Assembly: GCF_038025025.1 (NCBI RefSeq)
Contig: NW_027117343.1
Location: 1,240,001-1,304,000 of the forward strand
Length of the DNA stretch: 64,000 bases
Reading direction: 5' to 3'
Origin: Phyllosticta citribraziliensis
Taxonomy: Eukaryota
Under the pieces are notes generated by a model. It searched no databases. It was not told the DNA's origin and saw only the letters and a program-made list of their open reading frames with translations. The position numbers and the translations under genes are program-made. Positions 38,287 to 51,199 of this stretch are shown one piece after another. The first letter of the stretch is position 1. Each line of letters opens with the position of its first letter.

Positions 38287-40651
38287 ATGACCATGCTGCT
38301 TCGCCCCGCCACGCCGCTGTCCATCATCTTCTTCGCCGCCTTCGTCCTGCTGCTGCTGAGCACCCTAACCACCCCCGTCATCAAGGCCATCCCCCTGGCC
38401 AAGTTCAATGGCATCGACTTTGGCGTCTTTGGCTACTGCAAGGGGTCCGATTGCAGTGCCATGGGCATTGGATACACGGCCGGTACGTCTTCACAACCAC
38501 CGACGCGTCCCTCTCGTTGCGACGCTAACTGGTACAGACTCAACCCTCTTTTCCTCCTCCACCGATGGCGACTTCGACCTCCCCTCCGGCGCGCGCCACA
38601 CCTTGTCCGCCATTTTGGTAGTGCACCCTGTCGCCGCATTCTTGTCGCTCGTGTGCTTCGTTCTCGCCGTGGCCGCCCACTTCCACTCGCCCTCGCATTC
38701 GTCGCGATACCTCATGGGCTTGCTAGTCCTCACTTTCCCGACACTTCTCGTGTCGCTGCTTGCGTTCCTGGTGGACATCTTGCTGTTTGTGCCGCACATG
38801 GCGTACGGAGGTTGGCTTGTGCTTGCAGCCACCATTGTTATTGCCGTCGGCGCCGTCATGACATGCGCCATGAGGCGCACTCTGGTCAGCCGAAAGGCCA
38901 GGAAAAAGAGAATCGAAGAGCATGCTGAAATGAATGGCCAAAACTACTATGCGAACCGCATGCAGCCGCCGCCCGTCACTGGTACCATCATCACCGAGGA
39001 TCCCAACCTTCCGCGCGCCGAGTCGCCCCCGCCAATGCCTTCAATGTCGCCCTCGGACAAGGGAGGCTCCGACTTTGCAACATTTGAAATGCAAAAGTCG
39101 ATGGACGACCGCACCCCTCTGAATCCCAAGAACGGGTCTGTTAGGAGTTCGAGCACAGAAAACGTGGACCGGAATCCCGGAAGATACTACGGCGAGGCTC
39201 CGCCAATGCCAGGACCACCGCGCGACCAATATGGCCAACCGTTGAGGCACCAGGGTTCAAATGGAACGATGCAGTCTGGTCGAGGAGGCGCACCACCGCC
39301 TTTCTACGGTCCTTCGCCTTCAAGAGGAAGAGGAGGATTCCCGCCGCGAGGAAGAGGAGGGTTTCCGCCGAGAGGAAGAGGTGCTCCTCCCGGCATGCGC
39401 GGGCCTCCTCCCCCGGGGTGGAACGGTCCCGGTGGCAGAGGCATGGGACCGCCAGGCATGGCCATGGGCCCGCCGCCTGCAAGAGGAGGTAGGGGAGGAG
39501 GACCTCCGCCGTATCAAAACCGGTTTTACGGCTACCCGGCCCCCAATGGACGTGGTCCGCCGCCAGGCGCTTTCGACGGCGCCCCATACTACCAAGGACA
39601 GGAGCAGCCCGCAATCATGTCCGGGCCTGAAAACGGGCCTATTGGCCAGGCGGTGGAAATGGACGCCCGGGTCGGCACTCCAAAACAAAACGTCGTCAAC
39701 AACTACGGACTTCGGGACAGTGACGATGACCTCCGTGGTATGATAGGGCTGCAGCAGGGAAACTTCAACGGAGATGACAAGCCGCAAAGACAGGACTCGC
39801 AGTCGACTGGCAAGATGAGCCCGACGAGCGAGTACTCGCATCCTTCGCATCCAAGCTCAGTCTACGTCCCTCCGCGCCGTAATTGGACTGAAGATGAGTC
39901 GCCTCCTCCCATCAACCCCGCATTGCACAACGGCCAGGACCACTCCCCAGAGGAAAGCCCTCAAGAGGCTCGCGGACTCTCGCCCATCGCCGCCTCGCCC
40001 ATCAGCGAACATCCTGCAGAGTTGTCCGCTGCCATGCCGCATACGTCTAAATCGAGCCCACACCCTGGACACGCAAGACAGCCGTCCGGTGATGATTACG
40101 TCGAGGACATGGACCCGCGATTTACTGAAAACAACACTCCCAACAATGCCCAAAACTCCAACGACCTACCTTCAGCATTAATGCCCGGCTACTCGCCGAA
40201 CCGCTCTCAAAACACGTCTCCCATGGTCCCCTCGCCGCTCAACGTTGGCAATGCGCCCCCTTCGCCTCTGCCACCGCCGCAGATGGTGACGGCCGATGAC
40301 ATTCCCGATTTTGACGGACCAAGATCGCCTGGCGGCGAGTCTGACGCCTCTCACTTTACGTCCATCAGCCAACGCGGCGTCAACCCCAACTGGCAGCCGC
40401 CGCAAATGTCTGGTCCGCGGCCGGGCTACGGTTATGCACCGCCCCGCCGGCCAAAGCCAGAAGAAGTCGTCCTGGATGCGAATCCCGAGTTTAGCTTGCC
40501 CGGCGTTCCCGCTCCTGGTCGCACAAGAGACGTGCGCAACGCCATGAGAGGAGGGGGTCGGGGTGGCAGAGGGTTGCCTTCGGGCGCTGCAGCTTCAGGT
40601 GGCGTCAATCTTGGCGGTGCCGGCGGCAGCCGTTACCCTGGCGCTCTGTAA
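38287..40651 (+). CDS. palI: pH-response membrane protein PalI/Rim9 (SUR7/PalI family) with long Pro/Gly-rich tail; intron ~38482-38537
   Basis: MLLRPATPLSIIFFAAFVLLLLSTLTTPVIKAIPLA...FGVFGYC...C...IGY, LPSGARHTLSAILVVHPVAAFL, SLLAFLVDILLFVPHMAYGGWLVLAAT and CAMRRTLVSRKARKKRIEEHAEMNG. Confidence 0.9.
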
Positions 40652-41733
40652 AGAAGCGTAAGCGGAACGGGACGGACGGAGCACCTCACGGACGAACGGC
40701 AGTCGTCTTGATGTGAGCAGGGCGTCTCTTGCGTTCGCCTGCGACCATACCGCGCCTTGATGAGCATTGGTGCTTGCCGAGTCCAATTTCGATACGAGAT
40801 GGGTTCGTACGAGGAGGTTGGTGGTAGCTTTGCTTGAATTCTGCTGCACTTTAGCCGCTTCTCTTCTTCGGTCCAGCCGCCAAGTGTGCGGCGTTTTCCA
40901 GGACCTCAGCATCTTGAAAACAAAAATTTCCCGGTTTCTTCTCTTCTCTTCTCATCAACAACCCTTTTATCTGTCTGAGCATAGGTGCTGTGCTGGGTGG
41001 GTGGCCGCCTTTTTTCTGCCTATTTCTGCCTTGGTCGATGGATGATGGCATGGGGGCATATCTTGTTTGGCGGCGGCTTGCCTTGAGCCCTCTTCTTGAG
41101 CATACCCCCTTTTTTCCTTTCTCCTTTTCGTTGTCCTTTTCGACTCTTCGATTCCTCCTTGCCGTGTCAACCTCGACTCGACTCGACTCGCCGGCCGCCA
41201 AGAGTGGCCGGCTGGTCATCCTCCACTTCCTCTCTCTTTTCCGTCTGTTGATCTTACCAGGGCTCTTCCTCTATCTTCTACTCCCTTGGGCTTTATTGTA
41301 CAACTCTCGTCCTCTCATCGAGCGTAGACTTGATTTCTGACTCTGTTCTGTTTACCCTCTTGCTGGCTGGCTGTATGCTTTCTTGTCTTTTTCTTTGCCT
41401 ACTTTTGTTTTGCTACGCCCATCTGTCGATACCGCGTGGGATCAACCACGCTGTTTTGATCTCTTTTTCTTTGCCTCCTCCTCCTTCTTCTTTCGTGCTT
41501 TTTTCTTGCGTCTTCTCGATCAAAGTCGCCAGTCGGTTCTCTTTTGCCCCCCCCCCCCCCCCCTTTTTTTTTTCTCCTGCTCTCTCTTCGTTCATGACTA
41601 CTACCCTCACCTCTTTTCTTTCCAAAAATCTTCTTTTCGCTTCTTTCGATTCCTCTCTTCTTAATCTGTGGATAGGATAGGATGGGATAGTATAGGGTGG
41701 TGGGCGAGGTAGCAGGGAGGTTGGAGCCAGCCT

Positions 41734-41760
41734 TGCTGCTGCTGCTGCTGCTGCTGCTGC
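41734..41760. repeat. (TGC)9 microsatellite
   Basis: Read directly from the sequence. Confidence 0.9.
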
Positions 41761-43098
41761 AGCAGTCGTTGTTTACAGTCAGTCAGTCAGCCTGTCAGCC
41801 TGTCAGCCTGTCGTGTGTTTGTCTTGCCGTCCCGCTTAATGAAAAGATGATCCCCTTGATGCCTCGTTTCTTTCTTCTCTATCGGTGGCGGATGGACGGG
41901 TGGATGGCGGAAGTTTGTTGTAGAAAGAGGAGGAGGGGGAGGGGGAGGAGGAGGTAGTCGGTATGCTAAGGCGGCTGTGGATGAAAAGACGCAGATGGAC
42001 CGGCGAGGCGAGGCGAGGCGGACCGTGGGTGGTGGCGCATGATGAATGAGTCTTTGACGCGCAGGAGGGTGGGAGGAGTGGTGGCGGTGGAGCAGTAGCA
42101 GTAGTAGGAGTAGCTGAGACTCGAAGTTAACTCGAAATCGAAGAAATGCAAACTTGCTTGGTCAACTCAACTCAACAGCCATGCACTTTTACCCTCGGTG
42201 TCTTTCGCTGTCCTGCCTGCCTGCCTTCGCTCTCGCTCTCGCTCTCGCCCCTGGCTTTGCTGTGTGCTGTGGTGGATAGGAAGAAGGTCGGTAGATAGCT
42301 AGATAGATAGCTAGGTAAGCGGGCAGAAGGCATGCCAGTGAAGCAACTCAGTCAGCAATGGGTCGAAAGTGATGATGGATCGATCTATGTATGGGTAGGG
42401 TAGACGGATCAATGATGCGTGGGCAGACAGACAATCAAGCAACCCCCATCTGCCATCCGTCCGTCCGTCCATGCATACATACACGTACCATACCTATGGT
42501 ACCAGTCAGCCAGCCACCAGCCAGCCAGCCATCTCCTACTCGTTGCCACACCGACACGCGACATGCATGTGCATTCGTCACTCCATCGCGTCGGGGTTGT
42601 CTGGGCAGCGTGCGTGCGCGCGCGCGTGGGGCGCTGGAATGCTACCTACCCCTACCTACGTGCCTGGCTGGCCTGCATACTTACCGCATTACGGTAGGTT
42701 TGCCACGCATGCACGCCGCGTTGGATGGGATGGGATGGGACGGGACAGTGTCGCAGGCGTGCGAGCGGGCCAGGAGAAAGCAGTGGACTGAGAGAGGGCA
42801 TCTCACGCGAGCAAGCAGGCGCGGCGGAGCTTGCAAAAGATGAAAAGGATGAAAAGGAAGGTCGCTTTTGTGTCAGTCCTAGGACTATGTAGAATGACTG
42901 ACTGGGTCTGGTTGTCCGCCTTCATTCCTGACGCACAAGCAGGCAAGTTCAACACCTCGTTCCCTACCCTACTACGCCTTGCAGCAGCACCATCCACCCA
43001 TCCGACTCAGGCCGCAGCCCAGCCGACTCTTGAAAAAATCCTTCATTCACAGTGCCCCCAAACGCCGCGCCACAGTATGCGTCCATTTCCTACCCACC

Positions 43099-44098
43099 TT
43101 ACTCGGCCTTCTTCGCCGCCTCAGCCTGCGCTTTCAACCCAGGCGCCGTGCTGCCCCTCTCCTCCAACTCCGCCGCCCACAGCGCGGCCCCAACCGCATT
43201 CGTAAAAGCAAAAAACAAGCCGACAACCGGCACCAACTCGAGCGCCACAGCCGCAACACCGAAGCCCGCGTACGCGCCGGCGCGCGCGTCGACGAAGCGG
43301 CGCCGCTCCGCGGGGCTCCACTCCTTGAGCTGGAAGTAGCGCGCGTGCAGCTCGGGGCCGCGCTTGCGGCCCTGCGCGAGGATGTAGAGGAGGGGCCCGA
43401 TGACGGGGAGGAGGTTGAGCGGGAGGTAGATGAGGGAGCGCAGGAGGGAGGTGGGCGAGAGCTTTTTGAAGGGTTTGCTGAGCACGGCGCCGAGGGCGCT
43501 GATGGGGTCGCGGCTGGGTTTGAGGGCGCGGCCGTGGGAGAGGAGCGTTGTTTGGTCGCGCGTGACGAGCGTCTAGGAGAAGAAAGTAAGTACAGGTACA
43601 TACAGCCATGACGCGCAACAAGTGCTGGGATAGAAGTCGCAAACACACCCCGTCAAACGTATCCACGACCGCCTCCTCGACCCACAGGCCCCGGCACACA
43701 ATATTCGAGATGGTGCTGCTCTCGCTCAGCACGAGCAGGATGGTCGTCAACGCCGCTAGCGGGCCGTTGACCAGCGTCAGCACGGCGGCCTGCGGCAGGT
43801 ACGTGAAGAAGAACATGAAGGTCGTCACGCCCACGCCCGTGCTGATGATGGCGCCCAGGTGCGACGTCAGCGGCTTCCACAGACTGCGGTGCGTCATGAA
43901 GTAGAAGATGCCCTGCATGGTGATATCCGTTAGCCATCTTTCTGATTCTGAAAGGTGTGGATTGCCGTGTCTGCTCCTAGAGAGAGAGAAACTCACGCGG
44001 ATGGGGTAGAGGTAGGTTCCTGCGCGCGCAGCTTCAATGGTCAAGCGGCGCACGCGGGTTGCTTCTTCCAAAACCATATCTTTCAATCGCGATGCCAT
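43099..44098 (-). CDS. EI24-domain membrane protein (RRT8/LDS-like), 3 exons
   Basis: YLYPIR|GIFYFMTHRSLWKP, FFFTYLPQAAVL..NGPLA..LVLSESSTI, VDTFDG|TL, LPLNLLPVIGP, HARYFQLK and YAGFG..LELVPVVGLFFAFTNAVGAALWAAELE. Confidence 0.82.
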
Positions 44099-44683
44099 GA
44101 TGGATGTGATCTGATGGCGTGTCGAGCTTGTATAGCGAGAGATGTGAGGATCAGAGGTGGTTTGGTGGGGAGTGAGTGGTAAAGTAAAGCAAGGTGAGCT
44201 ACAAGCTGCAGCCGGCCTTCCCTGTACCTTGCTGGCAAGGTTGATGACCGCCAAACGACGTCATTGTTAGGCAGGGCGCTGCATCAAGGCACGTGCGTTT
44301 CTTGAGCATCAAACAATGAATTTCAGTTGACACTTCTTTCGAGAGAAAATTGAATGTCAATGTGCCATGCTGCGTGCAGCATCGCCTGGCAAATCAGGAG
44401 TATAAGCAACCACAAATCAGTAGCTGTCTTGAGCCATACCGCGTCGTCGTGCCCTTCATTCCATGTAGCGCATCTTTTTCCGTGTCTCGATATTCCACCC
44501 AGAGGAAGTCCGTTCAGCAATCGAAAGCAAATGTCAAGCACATTTCCCCGCTCGAGTTCCAATCAAGTCGCTTTGGACCCGACTTCCCCACTATGTCTCT
44601 CGATCCAGCATACATGTATAGCCCGTCGCCCAGTGATGAACGGAAGCATTCCACATTGTCGCAAAAGATTCGAAGCCCTGCCT

Positions 44684-45618
44684 TCAATGGGACGGTCTCT
44701 TCATCGCAACCCCCACCTGAAATGCAAAGTCTGCCTCCAACGCCCGCCGTTGCGATCTTGTCCTTGGGGACGAACGGACCAGGTTCGCGGAGGGCCTTGG
44801 GTCTGCTGAGATTGTGCGGCTCACCGGGGACTTGAAGGTGGTGCCGGAATCTGTGTTTGGCTGTGCGCGAGGAAGGGACATCACATTGCGCATCCTAGCA
44901 GTGCCATGAAGAGTCTCCGGTCTGGTCGCGCCCACGTCGGTTCGAACTTTTTTGACGTACTTGCTCAGCTGCTGGCCGTGATTCTGGTCCTCTTCATCCA
45001 AGGATTCGAAGAGTCTCTTTTTGGTTTGGGTGAAGCTGCTATCGAAATTGTCGAAATCGACGGGCGCTGACGATGCTGGCAGGTAACTACCGGGAGTGAG
45101 CGGCGAGCGGATTCTCTGGCGCTGACCACGATGAACTCTGGGCGGTGCAGTCACCGCGTACCCCGTGGGAGTCTTTGGATCTGGGCCTTCCACGACTTCT
45201 TCGTGGTGGGACTTTGGTCTGGGCGAGTAGAATGGATCGTCGCTGTCACTTGGTTTTGTCAGCTTAGAAAGCCTGGAAAGATGGTCATGACTTGCAAGTG
45301 TTGATATATGATGGTCGACGACCCTTGGATCACTTCCTGTTCCTCTTGACCTTCAATGACATCGCCACACGCAGTCTCACTAGCTTCTCGAGCAAGTTGC
45401 TGCCGTTGCAAGTCGAGGACTTGGCACGTCAAGCTGCGAATCTGTCGCTCGTGTCTTTCCGCTTCCCGTGCTCGCCTCTTCACTTCCTGATCTTGTCTCT
45501 TGACTTTGTATTGAAGGTCGCGCACGGTTTTTGCGACATGGTCAGGAGGGCCGCGAGCAGAGCAAATCTGCCTCGCACGTTGAAAGATGTGAGTGACGGC
45601 TGTTCTCAGGTCGAACAT
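44684..45618 (-). CDS. Hypothetical protein (short coiled coil plus S/P-rich tail), 2 exons, likely GC-AG intron 45249-45295
   Basis: Two ORFs (45259-45618 and 44684-45193) are joined in frame by a GCAAGT donor, GCTGAC branch and AAG acceptor. No family recognised. Confidence 0.5.
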
Positions 45619-46054
45619 TGGGTGAAATGGAGAAGAGCTGGTGGGGTTGCAGAATAAAGGCTTTGTGAGGGGGCTGGGTTAGTTTTGATTGATTGTGTGG
45701 TGGGTGACAGGCAGGAAGCGCAAAGGGAAAGAGCTACCCGGACCAGACCCAGGGTCCAGCGTCGTCAACAACGGAACCCACTGCAGATGACATCTTCAAT
45801 CCTGTGGCGCTACATACATATCCAGTGGTGGGTATTTTTCAGCGTGGTTCACAAGAGACAGCATGTCGTCGAATAATTGGACCACAGAAAGCCCAGAAAC
45901 AACCCAATTTTCAACTGGCAAGCCCTCCCATGCCCGAGCATCGCGTGGGTATATGGACTAGGGAGAGCAAGGTAAATACATACTTGCCATTATCCTCAAC
46001 GCCATGCATTTTCACAAGCAGAATGCCTCGGCGCGACATTGCAGCCGTAACGCT

Positions 46055-46629
46055 CTACTCTTGTCTCCTCTTCATGGCCTCTTGTTGGATGCGGGTGTAG
46101 CGGGGCATGATGACGGGTTGCCTGCGAGCCCTGGCAAAAGCTTCGGTCGTGTCACGGTCGCTGTCTGTGCGAATGGTGGTGCCGATGGCCATGAAGAAAC
46201 TGGGTCGGGTCAGACATGCAGTTCTGCGCCGTGGCCATGGAAAAGATTACGCACCCAAAAGTGGCCGAAGAACCCAACATGTATTGTCCAAGTGTCCTCA
46301 TCATGCCATTGGGCCCGGGACCGAAGCGAATAATGTTGGTCGCGCCTGGAGCAGCGTTAACAGGGCGTCGGCGTCGACGCAGGCGCATGTGTAATTACCA
46401 AAGATGAAACCGATGATGAGGCCGACGGCTGCGCGGGGACGAGGTGTGAGTAGGAGAAGTGTCCAGAATCGGGTTGGCAGGCTACGTACAACCGCCCATC
46501 ATGGCACCCATTTTGACTGGAGAAAGTTAGCCATGTGAAGAAGGACGGAGCAGGCGGGGAAAACGGGCTTGACGTACGCTTGTCAAAAGTCGAGGGGCCA
46601 GACATGGCAGGACCAGCTACGACGGGCAT
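46055..46629 (-). CDS. MGR2: Mitochondrial Mgr2/ROMO1 (TIM23 complex subunit), multi-exon
   Basis: MPVVAGPAMSGPSTFDK|.KMGAMMGG|.VGLIIGFIFG|..IIRFGPGPNGMMRTLGQYMLGSSATFG|FFMAIGTTIRT. Confidence 0.92.
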
Positions 46630-46939
46630 TTTGGCAGGGGATTGAATGCGGGCGACGCGACAGAGGAGCAGAAGCTGGCGCAAAGCGATCTGGTGATGGT
46701 GGTGATGGTGGTGGGACCGGGACTTGGTCTTGGACCCGTCCGTCGAGCTCAGGAAGACGTCACGTGAAAAGTGCCTGAGGCCAAGATGCAGTGCGGACGG
46801 GATCCAATAAGCGACCCGCGACAGGACAAAGCGACGGGGCGACAACTGGCAACGAGACACACACAGCGAATAGCAGGCCTACAGCAGAGCAACTCTTGCA
46901 TCATGGGGATGCTGTGATTGAACAAGCCTGACAGGCAAG

Positions 46940-47016
46940 CCTGAGCCTGAGCCTGAACCTGAACATGAACCTAAGCCTGAACCTGAACCTGAACCTGAAC
47001 CTGCACTGAACCCTAA
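46940..47016. repeat. Degenerate hexamer tandem repeat (CCTGAA/CCTGAG)n, ~11 units
   Basis: Read directly; lies between the divergent MGR2 and FHA-protein genes. Confidence 0.85.
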
Positions 47017-47596
47017 CCAATCCTAGCCCGAGTGAGCCCTGAGACTGAGCGACGCCGTCGGCTTCGTGCTTTTGCTCTGCGTCGGCTCTGCACTGCGCTG
47101 CGCTGCGTCCGTCTGCTGCAACACCACTCTTTTTCTCTCGTCTCTCCCTGGCCTCTACTCCATCCTCCACTCCCCTCACCTCGCCCTCCCAGTCAGTGCC
47201 TGCACGAGCCAGCATACCTTACCTAGCCATCGCCCTCTGCCGCCCCTAGACTCCCGTCGCTCTGCGCCGCGCCTCGCCCCAGCTCGCCTCGTCCGCCGTC
47301 TCCTCACTCACACGCCCCCGAGTCACCAACACGGGCCAGCACACGACCCTCGTGAGACCTGGCCGCCGCGACTCGACTCGACCTCGCCTGCTCTGCACCC
47401 ACAACAACACCTCGTCGCCGTCGTCGTGCCTCTGCCTCTTCATGCCCCCGACCCTCTTTGTCGCTCCCCGTCGCCGACGCCGCTGAACGGGGCCCTGCCC
47501 CATCCTGTCTGACGCCGACACGCGCCAATTCAATCTCGGCGAGCTCCAGCGCTGCACCCATCTCCCTGTCCCATCGACTCGACGCCAACCTCCTCC

Positions 47597-49881
47597 ATGA
47601 CGGCCGTCGCTCCTCCCTTGAACTTCCAGTCGACTGCCAGATCGGGATGGAACTCCTCTAGCGCTGCGCAGAACGGCATCTCCCCCGCCGCCGACGACGT
47701 CTCCAGGATGTTCATGCCCTCTCGCAAAAGCGTCCAACGTTCGAATTCGTCCTCGTCTATTGCTTCCACTGCATCTTCATCCTCCACAATCTCCTCGTCC
47801 TCGGTCCAGACAAACGGCGTCCCCGCCAGCGCTCCCCCAGACGCCTCCTGGGGCTCCCGCAAGAAACCAGCCCGCGGTCTGTGGCCAGCTTTAAAAGCAG
47901 AACCCATTGCTGGACTGTCTACCGCTCGCCCCCAGTCCATGGCTTCGTCTTCCTCGACGGCTTCCTCTGCCGCTTCTTCGACATCTGCCCTGCACTCGCC
48001 TTCCTCGATGCTGCCCTCGCAACACGGTGCTTCCTCGCAAGCACAGCCCAACGGCACTCCCCGACAGCAAAATGATCCTCCCGCCATACTGCACCTTGTG
48101 CCGCTGAATGGAACTTTTGAGCGCAAGACCATCACCGTACCATACTTTCCCGAGGTTCTCCGCATCGGCCGCCAAACAAACAACAAAACAATCCCCACCC
48201 CTTTGAATGGCTACTTCGACTCAAAGGTCCTGTCGAGACAACACGCCGAGGTCTGGGCCGATCGTTCTGGCAAGATTTGGATCAGAGATGTCAAGTCATC
48301 CAACGGCACGTTTGTCAACGGGACTCGGCTGTCGCCGGAGAACCGAGACTCTGAGGCTCACGAACTCCGCGAGCAGGACATGCTCGAGCTTGGAATAGAC
48401 ATTATCAGCGAGGATCAAAAGACGATCGTACATCACAAGGTCGCTGCCAAGGTTGAGCACGCGGGCATATATCCAAACGCGAACAATGTGTTGGATTTGA
48501 ATTTTGGGGACCTTGATCCTGCAGGGAATGGGAATCTCATGCCTTCACTTGGCCCAGGCCAAATGAGAGGGCGCAACGGCAGCACAGGGTCCATGATGAG
48601 CAATGGACGCCTCGGACCTTCCGCACAAAACATGGCTGGAAACAATATCAGCATGACGCAGCAGCGGCACTCCAGCTTTTGGTTACAACCGGTGACCATG
48701 GAGCAGATTGTCAAGAAGCTTAATGTAAGTGTGGTGGTGGTTTCTCTTAATCTTCAAGTCTGACACAGATACAGTCGGAGATGAAACAAGCTCGGCAGCA
48801 AACTCAGGAGCTGCACAGAACGGGACAGTACATCGAGTCAATACTCGCAAACGACCACAAGAAGGAAACGAGCAAAACCTCGGCGCTTGCCACAAAACCA
48901 TCTCTCAAGACCGACATCAAAGCCCGGTTCTCTGACCCTCCAGCGCCACCACCATCGCAACCCCTGCCTGAGAAGCCAGACGCTGCGCAACCACCTTTAC
49001 GCAGAATTGAAACTGAGAAGCCGAAACTGCCCAACGCCAAAGGAGAACAGTCGTCGCAGATCAGTTCCCTCGTCGAGGCCCTCACGTCGGCAAAGAAGGA
49101 GCTCGACGTTCAAAGCATTAGGTTGAAGGAACTGGAAGACATGTTGGTGCACGAGCGTCAGTTGCGAGAAAGCGCTGAGGAACATGTTCAGCGTTTGGAA
49201 AGGGGACACGAAAACGACTCGGTCTCGACAATCACATCACCTCAGACCAACGGCACACACGACATCGAGCACGACGAAAATGCAACAAGCAAAGCTGCTC
49301 GCGAAGACGCGACTATCGCCGAACCGCCGCCACCAGCGGACGCAGGAGCAAACACTACGCAGCTTCAACAACGACTTGAGTCCATGGTAGCTGAGATGGA
49401 GCGCATGAAGCAGGAAATGGGGTCGTACAAGCTCCGTGCTGAAAAGGCAGAGGCGGACAGCGCTCGCGATCGCCAGACGCTGGCTGAAATGATCGAGAGC
49501 ATTCGCAACGATGAGTCGAAGCGGATATCCAAGTCTGCTCGCGCACGCGAAGATGCAAGTGCTGCCTCGATCGACTCGGCCGTGGGAGTGGATGGAACAG
49601 TCGATCCAACCATTGCTGACAGGGCGGAAAAGGCTGTCCTTGGCGACAAAGTTGCAGAGCATGGTGCGGCTGCACGGCAGTCAATTCTGCCCAATGGTCG
49701 GCCCGTCTCAGACACAAACGGCCACGCCAAAGACACTCGCTCGCAAGTGTTGGCGACAAAGTCGCAAGGTGGGGAGCAGCTTGCTCACGTTGGCCCGTAT
49801 GCATCCATGGTTGGCGTCGTGGTTCTCGGTCTGAGCATCATGGCCTACATCAACGGCTGGCAAAAGCCCCTCGAAAGGTGA
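47597..49881 (+). CDS. VPS64: FHA-domain, coiled-coil, tail-anchored protein (Vps64/Far9/SLMAP family; STRIPAK component); intron ~48724-48772
   Basis: FHA domain LRIGRQTN...NGYFDSKVLSRQHAEVWAD...IWIRDVKSSNGTFVNG...LREQDMLELGIDI, followed by coiled coils and a C-terminal TM YASMVGVVVLGLSIMAYINGW. Confidence 0.88.
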
Positions 49882-51147
49882 AACGCTCTTCACTCCGTGC
49901 ATCAGAAGACCTTGGCTCGCGCCTTCAGCACCCCGCTGTCATGGGCATACACTCCCTTACTACCGACGGACCCAGGAAGTCTCCGATCGGGCATCCCGGT
50001 CAAGATGCTGCCGTCGAATCGCTCCGGATGCACTGCAGCCACGCACACAGCGCGTTCGGTTGGGATGCTTGCGCTGTTTGGTTCTGGCAATTCGTAGCCA
50101 GCCATGGACAGCATCGAGCTGAACCCAATGAGGGGATGATTCATTCCGCGCCCAGACAATCGACAACTGAGCCATGAGGCGCAGGCCACGTCGGAGAAAC
50201 TTTTTCCACATTCTTCCCTCTGGGACACGAAATTTGTCTTTAATACGAGTAACGCAAATACCCTCGCTTCGGACCGGCTTTCTTCTTCGGAGATCAGGAT
50301 TCGTACTGGCTGCCGTGGCATGCTCGGGAGTACCTCGATCGTGCATTCTTCTTCTCTTTAGAACACTTCCTCGTCTTCTCGACCTCTCGGCCTGTGTGTC
50401 CAGGCAAGGATTTTGAATTCATTTTCCACGCTCCATTCTGTTCGGACCGAGACTTTTCATAGCATCATGGGCACATGGATGGGGGCACACGGATGGAAAG
50501 AAACAAACAAATGGAGCATTTGGACACCTCAGCCTGCAAGAAGCGGGCGCGCGTTTGAGTTTGGCGTCGTCGGCGTTGCGGGGGGGCCTTCTTCAGTTCG
50601 CATTCTCAGTTCATATGTTGGTGGCGCGTTGTTGTCGAGTCACCGGTCGGCCGGTCGGGGGTGCGGCCAACGGACAAATTGGTTGCACTCTCATGAGGCA
50701 GAGATGGTGTAGGGCAGCAAAAAACTCCTGGGCTTTCCCTCTACGCTCCCGAATCCCGTTTCCCTACTTGCTTCCGCTTCTGTTGCTACTTGCACGCCGC
50801 CCTTGGCCTCGATTCTTTCTCACTCGTACCTCTCTGTCTGGTCTTGACAGTGCGGACCGTCCATATATTGAGCCGTCGAACTTGGGTTACACTTTTTTGA
50901 GCCTGTCGCTTGCGTGTTGTGTTGTGTTGGTTGCTCATCCGATGTTTTTTGCCTTCTTCGGTTTCCCCCACCTTTGCACGCTTCTCCCTCCTTCTCTCCC
51001 TCGTCCTCTCTCTCGTTGTCTCTTCGTTGTTGGGTGCTCAACTATACTATACTGTACTGTACATCCGTCCGTCCGTCCGTCCGTCTGGCCAGCCTATACC
51101 AGCCGCAGCCGCCGCGCTTCTTTCCATTCCTCCTTCCTTGCCTTGCC

Positions 51148-51151
<4 letters not shown>

Positions 51152-51196
<45 letters not shown>
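51152..51196. repeat. (CT)~22 microsatellite
   Basis: Read directly from the sequence. Confidence 0.95.
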
Positions 51197-51199
<3 letters not shown>

